Below are positions 27,014-36,181 of a stretch of DNA of 64,000 nucleotides, one piece after another. A program made the translations under genes and the position numbers. Within the stretch, counting starts at the first letter, position 1. The number at the start of each line of letters is the position of its first letter. The stretch spans positions 18,861 through 82,860 of the forward strand of contig CAZIAZ010000004.1 of assembly GCA_964536835.1 (NCBI GenBank), in the 5' to 3' direction. The notes under the pieces were generated by a model. That model searched no databases, had not been told where the DNA came from, and was given only the letters and a program-made list of their open reading frames with translations. The stretch comes from an uncultured Planctomycetaceae bacterium. Lineage in GTDB: Bacteria; Planctomycetota; Phycisphaerae; SM23-33.

Positions 27014-27171
27014 AGCATGTTAAACTTGATATGCGTCATTTCTGCTGGCTGCAACATCGCTCTGCTACGTCAGGCTGCATCGGAATACGGGCAGTATTCC
27101 TGCTTCGCCTTCCTTGCATAGCTCGTTTCGCCAACGCATAAAGTGTCGTATCTCAAGTTTAACATGCTTTA
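27011..27171. mobile_element. Palindromic MITE-like repeat, copy B (TAGAGCA-type termini)
   Basis: TIRs tagagcatgttaaacttgatatgcg / cgtatctcaagtttaacatgcttta. The shared core is in reverse orientation (..cgtcaggc..ggaatacgggcagtattcc..cttccttgc). Its first three bases are the TAG stop of the EamA gene. Confidence 0.7.
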
Positions 27172-27206
27172 AAAATTCCTGACCTCATATCTTTCGGATT
27201 TTTTAC

Positions 27207-27283
27207 AAAACCTATCCCAAAAACATGGGCGTCAACGAAACCGAACAATTTTGCGGGCAGCCAAGTTTTGGGGATGGGTTATA
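27207..27283. mobile_element. Internally deleted derivative of the TAGAACC-type MITE
   Basis: aacctatcccaaaaacatgggcgtcaacgaaaccgaacaattttgcggg|cagccaagttttggggatgggtt matches both ends of the 40252-40422 element, with about 95 bp missing from the middle. Confidence 0.6.
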
Positions 27284-27363
27284 AAAACGTTTTATTTGCA
27301 ATTCGCAGGCATTCTTTAAACACGATTCTCAAAATTTTTTTGAGAATCGTTCTTGATAAAAAC

Positions 27364-27391
27364 TTGACAGATGCGGCGAAAACGTTAAAGT
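27364..27391 (+). promoter_or_regulatory. Sigma-70-like promoter for the tRNA-Phe/tRNA-Thr pair
   Basis: TTGACA, 16-nt spacer, TAAAGT, about 35 nt upstream of tRNA-Phe. Confidence 0.45.
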
Positions 27392-27424
27392 AGCCTCTCC
27401 CACTGGGGTGGATTTTACCCCCAT

Positions 27425-27497
27425 GGCCAGGTAGCTCAGGTGGTAGAGCGCGGCCCTGAAAAGGCCGGCGTCGCTGGTTCGACTCCAGTCCTGGCCA
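27425..27497 (+). tRNA. tRNA-Phe (anticodon GAA)
   Basis: Acceptor GGCCAGG/CCTGGCC, anticodon stem CGGCC/GGCCG, loop CTGAAAA, T-loop GGTTCGACTCC. Confidence 0.92.
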
Positions 27498-27567
27498 TTT
27501 TTATTGCGCCGCCGGCTGGTAACGCTTGATTTTGCCAGCCTGCAGCGATTACAATTCACAAAACCAC

Positions 27568-27640
27568 GCCAGCATAGCTCAGTTGGTAGAGCACCGCATT
27601 TGTAATGCGGCGGTCGCGGGTTCGAGTCCCTCTGCTGGCT
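27568..27640 (+). tRNA. tRNA-Thr (anticodon UGU)
   Basis: Acceptor GCCAGCA/TGCTGGC, anticodon stem CCGCA/TGCGG, loop TTTGTAA, T-loop GGTTCGAGTCC. One T-stem mismatch. Confidence 0.85.
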
Positions 27641-27857
27641 TTTTTCATGCGCAAAAATCGGGACAAAGCGGGATAAAAATGCCCAAAATCATCCATTTCG
27701 CGCCTAAAATGAATTGACTCATCGTTCCGCGAACGGTAAATATAGGATTTGCAAGAACCTGTCAAAATTGCGCCGCCAGCTGCAGGACAGTCGTTTTGAC
27801 AGGCGATAACATGCGACAAAAATACACAACACACTTTCAATAAAGGGTTTAAGTTTT

Positions 27858-27873
27858 TGGCACGGCCATTGCA
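27858..27873 (+). promoter_or_regulatory. Sigma-54 (RpoN) -24/-12 promoter element upstream of dnaK
   Basis: TGGCACGGCCATTGCA is an exact match to TGGCAC-N5-TTGCA (GG-N10-GC), 60 nt upstream of the dnaK ATG on the same strand. Confidence 0.55.
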
Positions 27874-27933
27874 TATATTTTGCTAACGTCACCTCTGCGC
27901 AGCCGGGGTGATGAATAGAAAGAGGTGAATATT

Positions 27934-29850
27934 ATGGCATCAAAAAAAGTAATCGGAATAGACTTGGGCACGACCAACAGCGTCGTTGCCGTCATGGAGG
28001 GCGCTGAACCCAAAGTGCTCATCAACCAGCAGGGTTCACGCACTACGCCCAGCGTGGTGGCGTTTACCGACAAGGGCGAACGACTCGTCGGCCAGCCTGC
28101 CAAGCATCAGCAGGTGACAAACCCCAAAAATACGTTTTTCTCCATAAAGCGGTTCATGGGCAGACGTCACAACGAAGTCAGCCATGAGGAAAAAATTGTG
28201 CCCTACGAAGTCGTGGGCGGGCCGAATGACCTCGTGAAAGTCAAAGCGCAGGGCAAGGAATACACCCCGCAGGAAATTTCATCCATGATTCTCCAGGAAC
28301 TCAAAAAAGTTGCAGAGGATTATCTGGGTGAAAAAGTGGATAAAGCCGTCATAACCGTGCCGGCATATTTCAACGACTCGCAACGTACCGCCACCAAGGA
28401 AGCCGGTGAAATCGCCGGCTTGAAGGTGGAACGTATAATAAACGAGCCGACCGCAGCGGCACTGGCGTACGGCCTTGAAAACAAGAAAAACGAAAAAGTC
28501 GCCGTGTTCGACTTCGGCGGCGGCACTTTCGATATCTCCATACTGGACATCGGCGACAACGTCTTCGAAGTGTTAGCCACCAACGGCGATACGCATCTGG
28601 GCGGCGATGACCTCGACGAAGTTCTCATCAATTACATCGCCGATGAATTCAAACGTACCGAAGGCATTGATCTCCGCACGGATGCGATGGCTCTTCAGCG
28701 GCTGAAAGAAGCAGCTGAAAAGGCCAAATGCGAACTGTCCACCGCGATGGAGGCGAACATCAATCTGCCGTTCATCACCGCTACCGCGTCGGGCCCCAAA
28801 CACCTGACCATGACCATCACGCGAGCCAAGTTCGAACAGATTGCCGAAGACATATTCAACCGCCTTGTCAACCCGTGCAAAAAATGCCTGGCTGACGCCA
28901 AACTCTCGCCCAGCCAGATTGACGAAGTCATACTCGTCGGCGGTTCGACCCGTATCCCCAAAGCCCGCGAAATCGTCAAACAGATTTTCGGCAAAGAGCC
29001 CAACAAGTCGGTCAACCCCGACGAAGTGGTGGCTATGGGCGCCGCAATTCAGGGCGCTATTCTCGCCGGCGAAGTCGAAGAACAGATGGTTCTGCTCGAC
29101 GTTACGCCGCTGTCACTGGGCGTGGAAACGCTCGGCGGCGTGATGACCAAACTCATCGAACGCAACACGACCATTCCGACTGAAAAGAAGGAAGTCTTCT
29201 CTACCGCCGCAGACAGCCAGACCGAAGTGACCATTCACGTGCTGCAGGGCGAGCGGGAATTTGCCCGCGACAACCGTACGCTCGGCCAGTTCAACCTGAC
29301 CGGCATACCGGCTGCCCCGCGAGGCATACCGCAGATTGAAGTCACATTCTCGATTGACGCCAACGGCATATTGAACGTCAAGGCCAAAGACCTCGGCACA
29401 GGCAAGGAACAGATCATCGAGATTAAAGGCTCAAGCGGCCTGAACAGCGACGAAATCGATAAAATGCGCCATGATGCCGAATCGCACGCCGAAGAGGATA
29501 AAAAACGGCGCCAGCTAGTCGACCTGAAAAACCAGGCAGATAACATGGCTTACCAGGCGGAAAAGACCCTCAAGGAAAACGGCGAAAAAGTGCCGGCTGA
29601 AGACCGCAGCACTATCGAGTCGGCAATCAGCGCCCTGAAAGAGGCTGCAAAAGGCGACGACGCAGAGGCAATCAAACGCGCGATGCAGAATCTTGAGCAG
29701 GCGTCGCACAAGATGGCGGAGGCTATGTACAAATCCGCTTCTGCACAGCAGCAGACGAACTCCGCCGCCGACCAGCAGGGTGCACCTGCAAGTGAACAGA
29801 AAAAAGACGATGATGTAATCGACGCAGAATACGAAGTCAAAAAGGATTGA
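27934..29850 (+). CDS. dnaK: Molecular chaperone DnaK (Hsp70)
   Basis: [27 protein letters not shown], full length. Start at ATG 27934 (MASKKVIG) with AGAGGTGA upstream. Confidence 0.97.
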   Translation: MASKKVIGIDLGTTNSVVAVMEGAEPKVLINQQGSRTTPSVVAFTDKGERLVGQPAKHQQVTNPKNTFFSIKRFMGRRHNEVSHEEKIVPYEVVGGPNDLVKVKAQGKEYTPQEISSMILQELKKVAEDYLGEKVDKAVITVPAYFNDSQRTATKEAGEIAGLKVERIINEPTAAALAYGLENKKNEKVAVFDFGGGTFDISILDIGDNVFEVLATNGDTHLGGDDLDEVLINYIADEFKRTEGIDLRTDAMALQRLKEAAEKAKCELSTAMEANINLPFITATASGPKHLTMTITRAKFEQIAEDIFNRLVNPCKKCLADAKLSPSQIDEVILVGGSTRIPKAREIVKQIFGKEPNKSVNPDEVVAMGAAIQGAILAGEVEEQMVLLDVTPLSLGVETLGGVMTKLIERNTTIPTEKKEVFSTAADSQTEVTIHVLQGEREFARDNRTLGQFNLTGIPAAPRGIPQIEVTFSIDANGILNVKAKDLGTGKEQIIEIKGSSGLNSDEIDKMRHDAESHAEEDKKRRQLVDLKNQADNMAYQAEKTLKENGEKVPAEDRSTIESAISALKEAAKGDDAEAIKRAMQNLEQASHKMAEAMYKSASAQQQTNSAADQQGAPASEQKKDDDVIDAEYEVKKD

Positions 29851-29880
29851 CGTATCTGTCCGGTTATTAACGGAATGAAC

Positions 29881-29915
29881 AAAAAGCGTAGCCCGATGTG
29901 CGGCTACGCTTTTTT
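29881..29915 (+). terminator. Intrinsic terminator after dnaK
   Basis: AAAAGCGTAGCC-cgatgtgc-GGCTACGCTTTT followed by a T-run. Confidence 0.8.
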
Positions 29916-30024
29916 ATGCGCCAGCGGCTTGCAAATGCGTATCTGACAAATTAAAGTAGTTTTTGAATTTAAAAACGCTAGAGCATGAAAGGCTGCATAT
30001 GAACAGTGCAGGAGGTATTTATTT

Positions 30025-30675
30025 ATGCGATTGGTTGCAATATTGTTATTGGCGGGCGGAATTTTCTTTTCGGGGTGCGGAGATAACAGGCCTATGCGTA
30101 TAGTATGTATCGGCGACAGTCTTACCGCATGTGGCGGCGAAGGCGGCCATTATAGCGATTATCTTCAGGCATGGCTGCCGAATGATGAAGTCATCAACAA
30201 AGGCATCGGCGGTGATACGTTGGGCGGCGGCCGAAAACGCTTCGAGAAAGACGTGCTGCAACTGCATCCTGACGTGATAGTCATAGAACTTGGAGCAAAC
30301 GATTTCTGGAAAGCGAGCACGCCTGTATCGGAATTGGCAGGCTTTCTCGAATCGATGGTCGCCGATTCAAAAACCGCCGGCGCGGAAGTCGTCATAGCCA
30401 GTTGTTTCGGCAGCCGAAAATATGACAATGACACGCCGACGACAGAAATTGCCCGTAAGCAGAAATTCTACGCACAGCAGATAGCCGATTTCGAAAACGA
30501 TATCGTTTCGCGGTACGGCTGTTATTACGTACCGGACATGCAGGTTGACATAAGGCCGAACGGCAAATCACCTTATTGGGATGATACAAATCACCCAAAC
30601 AAGGCCGGCAATGAGTTAGTCGCACGCCGAATTTTCACTGAATTGAAAAAAGCCATCGCCGCCAAACAAAAATAA
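30025..30675 (+). CDS. SGNH/GDSL-family hydrolase lipoprotein
   Basis: Lipobox FFSGC, then block I CIGDSLT and block III ELGANDF. Confidence 0.8.
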   Translation: MRLVAILLLAGGIFFSGCGDNRPMRIVCIGDSLTACGGEGGHYSDYLQAWLPNDEVINKGIGGDTLGGGRKRFEKDVLQLHPDVIVIELGANDFWKASTPVSELAGFLESMVADSKTAGAEVVIASCFGSRKYDNDTPTTEIARKQKFYAQQIADFENDIVSRYGCYYVPDMQVDIRPNGKSPYWDDTNHPNKAGNELVARRIFTELKKAIAAKQK

Positions 30676-31100
30676 GTCCTGTTACGCAACCCTCATTCGG
30701 CAAAGTACATAAACCGTAATTACCATACGCCCCATTACACAGGGCAATCGGAGATTGACTTTCCGCAAATACTTGGGATAATTACTAAAAGCTTCTAACA
30801 AAATAAAATCATTGTTGGCCGAATGAGTGGCCTTTTGTCAGACGCTCTAAATCTCGACGGTTAAAACCCGTAGCATCGTATTTATAAGACGTTTGCCTGT
30901 CCGCCTGACAGCGGATGCTTCATTTACGGTTTTTAAAAAAACCGTATAATTATGAAGGATATATTAAATAGCTGTAAAAATTCGTGACAATCAATCTCGG
31001 CGGCGTATGGATTACGTCGGCCATCTTCCCACAAAGATTATTCCAAATTTCCGACAAGTACAGATTGACTGCAAGATAATGTTGAGACGGACGGTTTTAC

Positions 31101-33023
31101 ATGAGGTATATTGACATGAAGTCGAATATTCGCAAAACGCTGGATGTGTTTTTCCTGCTGAGTTATTTTGCGGTGCTCGTAAACACGGCCAACTTTTTGA
31201 GTGAAGTGGCGTATGAAAATTTCGTCACCGTCATGTTTACCGTGGCTGTATGGTTGTTTTACAGTGCGGCGTATCTGCTGCCGGCGTATCTGCTGTCGCA
31301 CCTGCTATGCTTCTGTGTCATGCGTAAAAAAGATGAACCGTCGAGACGGACATCGAAAATCAAAGCCGGCCTGATTTACTCCGCCGCCGTTCTATTGGCC
31401 ACACTGGTGCAGTTGTTCATCATAACCGATTACACGGTTTACATGGCATTCCGTTTCCACTGCAACTCGTTCGTTATAAATCTGCTTACTACGCCCGGCG
31501 GCATAAAGTCAATGGACATAAATTCAGAATCTCAATTTCTTTTCGCAATAAAAATTGCAGGTGTTCTGCTGATTCAGTTGGCGATGTTGTTCGTTGCGAT
31601 TTTCCTGCGGCGATTCAGATGGTTAGCCGGCAGAGTCAACCCCGGATATGTGTGGGCTACAGTGCTCACATTGTTAGCCGTCTGCGGTTTGTCGCAGGGT
31701 ATTGGTTACGGCATGGCCAAACTCCGTTGGCATACTGATATATTAACCGCATCGCAGGCTTTTCCGCTTTATCAGCCGGTCACGTTCCTCAGCATAGGCA
31801 GAAAACTCGGCCTGGAGAAAAAACGCGAATATGAAGTCAATATGCATGTCAGCGGCAATACTCTGAAATATCCGCTGAAACCCATGGCTGCAGCTCCGAC
31901 GCACAAGTATAACGTCATATACATGGTTGCCGAATCATGGCGAGCCGACATGCTCAGTCCGGATATAATGCCGCAAACATATGCTTTTGCCCAAAAACAC
32001 GGCTTGCTATTCAAAAATCATTATTCCGGCGGCGTAGGGACGCGAATGGGAATTTTTTCCATGTTTTATGGCCTTTACGGCCCGTACTGGTTCAATATGC
32101 TGCACGAGACCCAGCCGCCCGTACTGATGGAAACCCTGCGGCTGAACGACTACGATTTTTATTGCCGTACCAGCCAGGCATTTACATATCCGGAATTCGA
32201 CAGGACAGTTTTTTCCCGTATTCCGCCGAAGGATATGTTTGCCATAAGCGACGGCCATCCCAGCTGGCAGCGAGACAGAATGAACGTTGAAAAAATCGAC
32301 GAGTGGCTGGACAAACGGAAAAATCAGAATCCTTTTTTCATGTTCATGTTTTTTGAATCGCCGCATGCAAGCTACAATTTCCCGCCGGAATGCGCCATCC
32401 GTCCCGACTATCGCAAGGATTTCAATTATGCGCGGGATTTGTCAAAAAATCTGCCCCATAAAGAGGTGACGGAAGTTTTTAACCGGTACGTCAATGCGTC
32501 AAATCATCTCGATACGCAGCTTGCCAGGGTGCTGCGGAAACTGGAAGAGAAAAACCTCATTGATTCTTCGATAATCATAATAACCGGCGATCACGGCGAA
32601 GAGTTTCAGGAAAAAGGCTTGTGGGGCCACGGCGGTTCGCAATTCCACGAAGAGCAGCTTCGCGTGCCGTTAGTCATACACATACCTGGCCATGCGCCGG
32701 CAGTGATTAAGGAAAAATCGTCGCACCTTGATATTCCGGCAACAGTTTTCGATGCCCTGGGCATTGAAACGCCAAGCAATGTTTACAGCCTCGGCAGCAG
32801 TCTGTTGCACGGCCCGAGCAGACAATTCATCGTTGCGGCAGGCTGGGACACCATGGTCTATGCCGACAAAGACTGCAAAATAACATTTCCATATCGCGGC
32901 GAAGGACTGCATCATGTTTATTCCGCATCCGACGGCGTTATCAAGAATCACGATGAAATGCAAAAACGGAAATATCCGCAACTGCTCAAAATTCTCAGGG
33001 ACATGAGGACTTTTCTGCGATAA
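31101..33023 (+). CDS. YejM/LapC(PbgA)-like inner-membrane protein with sulfatase-fold periplasmic domain
   Basis: Multiple N-terminal TM helices plus an alkaline-phosphatase-superfamily domain (NVIYMVAESWRADML, GIFSMFYGLYGPYW, ITGDHGEEF). Confidence 0.7.
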   Translation: MRYIDMKSNIRKTLDVFFLLSYFAVLVNTANFLSEVAYENFVTVMFTVAVWLFYSAAYLLPAYLLSHLLCFCVMRKKDEPSRRTSKIKAGLIYSAAVLLATLVQLFIITDYTVYMAFRFHCNSFVINLLTTPGGIKSMDINSESQFLFAIKIAGVLLIQLAMLFVAIFLRRFRWLAGRVNPGYVWATVLTLLAVCGLSQGIGYGMAKLRWHTDILTASQAFPLYQPVTFLSIGRKLGLEKKREYEVNMHVSGNTLKYPLKPMAAAPTHKYNVIYMVAESWRADMLSPDIMPQTYAFAQKHGLLFKNHYSGGVGTRMGIFSMFYGLYGPYWFNMLHETQPPVLMETLRLNDYDFYCRTSQAFTYPEFDRTVFSRIPPKDMFAISDGHPSWQRDRMNVEKIDEWLDKRKNQNPFFMFMFFESPHASYNFPPECAIRPDYRKDFNYARDLSKNLPHKEVTEVFNRYVNASNHLDTQLARVLRKLEEKNLIDSSIIIITGDHGEEFQEKGLWGHGGSQFHEEQLRVPLVIHIPGHAPAVIKEKSSHLDIPATVFDALGIETPSNVYSLGSSLLHGPSRQFIVAAGWDTMVYADKDCKITFPYRGEGLHHVYSASDGVIKNHDEMQKRKYPQLLKILRDMRTFLR

Positions 33024-33046
33024 CTGTTTTACGCGGCTGCCTGTAC

Positions 33047-34195
33047 TCAGAAAATTTTGTTTTTTTGGCGAAACTTAAGCGGCGTCATGCCAAAACGTTT
33101 CTTGAATACTGCGCCCATATATGTGTCGCTACCGAAACCGGCTAACTCGGCGATGCGTGAAACAGTCATGTCTGTTTTCAGCAGCATTTCCTTCGCCCGC
33201 CCTATTCTGGTAAGCTGAATCTCCGCGTTAACGGTTCGGTTAAGGAATTTTTTGAAACGTATTTCAAGGCTGCGTCGCGATGCCGCCACATAATCTGCCA
33301 CGTTCTGCACGCCAATGAGCCGGCCAACGTTGGAATGTATGAATCTGACCGCACGTGCGACGTCGACATCATCGACGGCTATCACATCCGTCGACTGGCG
33401 TTCGACTATGCCGGTTGGCTCAACGAAGACGGCTGTCTTGCCGCCGTCTTCGCCGGCTATCATCCTGTCCAGCAATCGCGCGGATTCGTATCCCGCCCAT
33501 TCGCCGTTGAGTTCGACGCTGGAAAGCGGCGGCTGACACAACTCGCAGAACAGCTCGTCGTTATCCACTCCCATTACCGCTATTTCATCCGGCACTCTGA
33601 TATTTGCCAAAAGAGCCGCATCAAGCACAGCTCGCGCACGAACGTCGGTCGCGGCAAATATGCCGCACGGCTTGGGCAGTCGAGTCAGCCATTCCGCAAG
33701 CAGCGACTGTTCCCGTTTCCACGATACACCTCCGCACGACGGAAAAACGTCGCATTCAATTCCGTGCTTATCCAAAAATCCGACAAATGCGTCCCGCCGT
33801 TGTTTTGACCATATATCCTTAGTCGTGCCGCAAAATGCAAATGAATGAAGACCTTTCGACAAAAAATGCTCGGCAGCCATCTTTGCAATTGTAGTCGGGT
33901 CAGGATGCATGTCCGTTATTCGTTTTCGCTTTTTGGGTGAAATTACGAAATTTTCAGGCGGGTCGTGCACTATGGCAGGGATGTCATATTCCAGAATGGC
34001 GCCGGCAACTCTTGGCGAATCAACGCGGGCGATAATTCCGTCGATAGTCGACATGTCAGGCAACGACTGTTTTATATCACCAGGAGTCACATAAAAAGAC
34101 CACGGCTCGTGACAGCGGGAATATTTGACCACGCCTCGCAATATGCCACGGCCGTAACCACGGGAAGTCTCTATCAGCAGTACAATTCTGCGCAT
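33047..34195 (-). CDS. XylR-type hybrid regulator (periplasmic-binding-protein-like sugar sensor + AraC HTH)
   Basis: The N-terminus (RIVLLIETSRGYGRGILRGVVKY) is LacI/PBP-like. The C-terminal AraC-type HTH includes TVSRIAELAGFGSDTYMGAVFKKRFGMTP. Start trimmed to ATG 34195. Confidence 0.8.
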   Translation of the reverse strand: MRRIVLLIETSRGYGRGILRGVVKYSRCHEPWSFYVTPGDIKQSLPDMSTIDGIIARVDSPRVAGAILEYDIPAIVHDPPENFVISPKKRKRITDMHPDPTTIAKMAAEHFLSKGLHSFAFCGTTKDIWSKQRRDAFVGFLDKHGIECDVFPSCGGVSWKREQSLLAEWLTRLPKPCGIFAATDVRARAVLDAALLANIRVPDEIAVMGVDNDELFCELCQPPLSSVELNGEWAGYESARLLDRMIAGEDGGKTAVFVEPTGIVERQSTDVIAVDDVDVARAVRFIHSNVGRLIGVQNVADYVAASRRSLEIRFKKFLNRTVNAEIQLTRIGRAKEMLLKTDMTVSRIAELAGFGSDTYMGAVFKKRFGMTPLKFRQKNKIF

Positions 34196-34352
34196 GGCAG
34201 CATTATACCAGTTCTCAAAATTTTTTCTGCCGGAAAAACCAAATCTGAGCGACAGCAAGTTTCAAGATATCAAATTTAAATCACAAGCAAACAAAAAACT
34301 TCAAACATATAATTTTCAGATTTTTCACGGATAATCATTACCAAAGCAAAAA

Positions 34353-35066
34353 TCATATCCCATAAATATGTTTAATTGAATAGTAAATTCCCGCCGCGAT
34401 AAATATGACGCCGGTGAGCCTGCGAAACCATCTTTCAAATCTTATAATCATATTAAAAGTCTTGCCGACATAATGGCCGGCAAATGCGATTATCAACGCG
34501 AACAGGATTACAGGAACGGCCGTGCCGATTCCGAAAAGAGTCGGCATAAGAATCGGCGATGAGTGTTGCGACGACAGGCCTATCAGCCCGCCGAAAAACA
34601 GGCTTGCCGACACGGGACAGAACGACAAAGCAAACAGAATACCCATCGGCAACGCCCATATCGCCCCGCCTTTGGCGATTCTGTTCTGAATGCCCTGAAT
34701 TCCGAAATTCAATGAGCCTGCAACGTTCAGCATTTCCAGGAGCATCATGCCTACGAGTATCAATACCGGCCCCAGAATTACACCCATGTATTTCTGCAGA
34801 AAACGGGAAATTCCTGCCGCCGCACTGCCGGAATCGCCATCCGATGCGGCAGACTGAAAGACCAAGAGAATCAACACTCCCAAACCCACATACACGATAG
34901 TACGGCCAAGCGTATAAAGAAGGCCGGAAAAAAGCACCCTGCGATGATTTCCAGTAGAGCGGGCAAGAAAAGACACTGCCGCAATGTTCGTCGCCAGAGG
35001 ACACGGACTTATTGAAGTAAGCAGACCCAGCCAGAAGGCGGTAGCCAGCACCATCCACAATGTCAT
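34353..35066 (-). CDS. CcdA/DsbD-family thiol:disulfide transmembrane electron transporter
   Basis: Six TM helices with SISPCPLATN and a second Cys in FALSFCPVSA. Confidence 0.8.
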   Translation of the reverse strand: MTLWMVLATAFWLGLLTSISPCPLATNIAAVSFLARSTGNHRRVLFSGLLYTLGRTIVYVGLGVLILLVFQSAASDGDSGSAAAGISRFLQKYMGVILGPVLILVGMMLLEMLNVAGSLNFGIQGIQNRIAKGGAIWALPMGILFALSFCPVSASLFFGGLIGLSSQHSSPILMPTLFGIGTAVPVILFALIIAFAGHYVGKTFNMIIRFERWFRRLTGVIFIAAGIYYSIKHIYGI

Positions 35067-35551
35067 GATTTATCTCCCAGCATCTCCTGAATTATAGGCC
35101 GAACGTAATCTACAAATTCACTGCGGTTATTTGCCAACGCCATAACCTTGTCCAGCCGTTTCACGTCCACTTCCCTGCCGTCCCGGAATTTCACAACGAT
35201 AATCATGTTCCCGCCGACGTTATATTTTTGGGCAAGTTTTTCATTTTCCTGAAAATCCACCGACTTCCATTCAAGTCTTCCAGCCTTGACCGCGTCGGCG
35301 AAATCTTTGGTAACGATTTCTTTGCCTATCGATTCGACGAGATTACACGTGAAGCATCTGAACGAGGCGTGCATGTAGTAAACCACGACCTTGTCTGCGT
35401 TCGGAGATGTAATTGCGGTTATATCGCCTTGTGATTGCATGCGGGCTTTCGTGAATTCCCTGCCGGCAGCAAAGCCGATACTGATGAATACAAACGCCAT
35501 CAGCAGTTTTGAAATTATCTTTTTAGTTTTCATTTCCGTCAAATACCTCAT
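35063..35551 (-). CDS. Membrane-anchored thioredoxin-fold protein with CxxC (CFTC)
   Basis: N-terminal TM anchor, then VVVYYMHASFRCFTCNLVE. The start overlaps the stop of the upstream gene and the stop overlaps the start of the downstream gene. Confidence 0.6.
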   Translation of the reverse strand: MRYLTEMKTKKIISKLLMAFVFISIGFAAGREFTKARMQSQGDITAITSPNADKVVVYYMHASFRCFTCNLVESIGKEIVTKDFADAVKAGRLEWKSVDFQENEKLAQKYNVGGNMIIVVKFRDGREVDVKRLDKVMALANNRSEFVDYVRPIIQEMLGDKS

Positions 35552-35781
35552 ACGAGCAATGCCTTGATTGCTTCAACATCTGGTACTTTGCCGACGAGTT
35601 TTACTTTGCCGTCGACAGCCAATGCCGGCGTCATCATTACGCCGAATTGCATTATCCGGTTGATGTCGGTAACTTTTTCAATAGTGTATTCAATGCCCAA
35701 CGACTTGGCTGCCGCCTCCACATTTTCCGTAAGTTTTTTGCACTTGGGACAACCTGTTCCGAGAATCTGTAATTTCTTCAT
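35548..35781 (-). CDS. Small thioredoxin-family protein (redox-active disulfide protein 2-like)
   Basis: MKKLQILGTGCPKCKKL.. CPKC motif, 77 aa. Start trimmed to ATG 35781. Confidence 0.8.
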   Translation of the reverse strand: MKKLQILGTGCPKCKKLTENVEAAAKSLGIEYTIEKVTDINRIMQFGVMMTPALAVDGKVKLVGKVPDVEAIKALLV

Positions 35782-35782
35782 T

Positions 35783-36169
35783 TTAAGCTTCCTTTTCAAT
35801 AATTTCTTCAGCTTTAGCCAATATCATTTTTACCTGTTCATCGGTGCATCTCGTTTTTGCTTTTTCAATCCCAAGTTCCGTCACAGTAATACATTTGTAG
35901 TTTGAAATACCATGCCTATCGAAAACTTTTTTGGCACAACCCATAGGGCAACCATCGATAATCAGGTTCAAATCCGCATCCCAAGCCGCCTGCACCATTC
36001 CCTGAATGTCCGCACCAAGCCCAGCCAGGCAGAACATTTTACCTTTGCCGGAATGCATCAGTTCACGGGCGGCTTTGTCGGCTGCTTCTCCGACGTTTGC
36101 ACTTCCTGAACAGGGGAAAAACAAAACGATTTTTTCTTTTTCATTATTTCCGCAGCAACAGTCAACCAT
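35783..36169 (-). CDS. DGC-domain putative zinc-binding protein
   Basis: Cys-rich N-terminus (MVDCCCGNN, FFPCSG) and the IIDGCPMGC motif. Confidence 0.7.
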   Translation of the reverse strand: MVDCCCGNNEKEKIVLFFPCSGSANVGEAADKAARELMHSGKGKMFCLAGLGADIQGMVQAAWDADLNLIIDGCPMGCAKKVFDRHGISNYKCITVTELGIEKAKTRCTDEQVKMILAKAEEIIEKEA

Positions 36170-36181
36170 AATTAAACACTC

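Noticed and set aside
29979-29986. A solo TAGAGCAT motif upstream of the SGNH gene as a sixth MITE remnant
   Set aside because: Only about 8-10 nt match. An 8-mer is expected by chance about twice in 128 kb of two-strand sequence.
30691-30830. An 11-12-nt complementarity (ccctcattcggc / gccgaatgagtgg) spanning 130 nt, plus a TTGACT-17-ATAATT box, as a possible sRNA in the 425-bp spacer
   Set aside because: The putative terminator stem is only 4 bp (GGCC). There is no supporting second structure or repeat, so the evidence is insufficient.
34453-35058. A 201-aa ORF in an alternative frame of the same strand as the CcdA-like gene
   Set aside because: It overlaps the CcdA/DsbD reading frame completely. 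That frame has the expected TM and Cys motifs, whereas the alternative frame is Arg/Gly-rich with no features.
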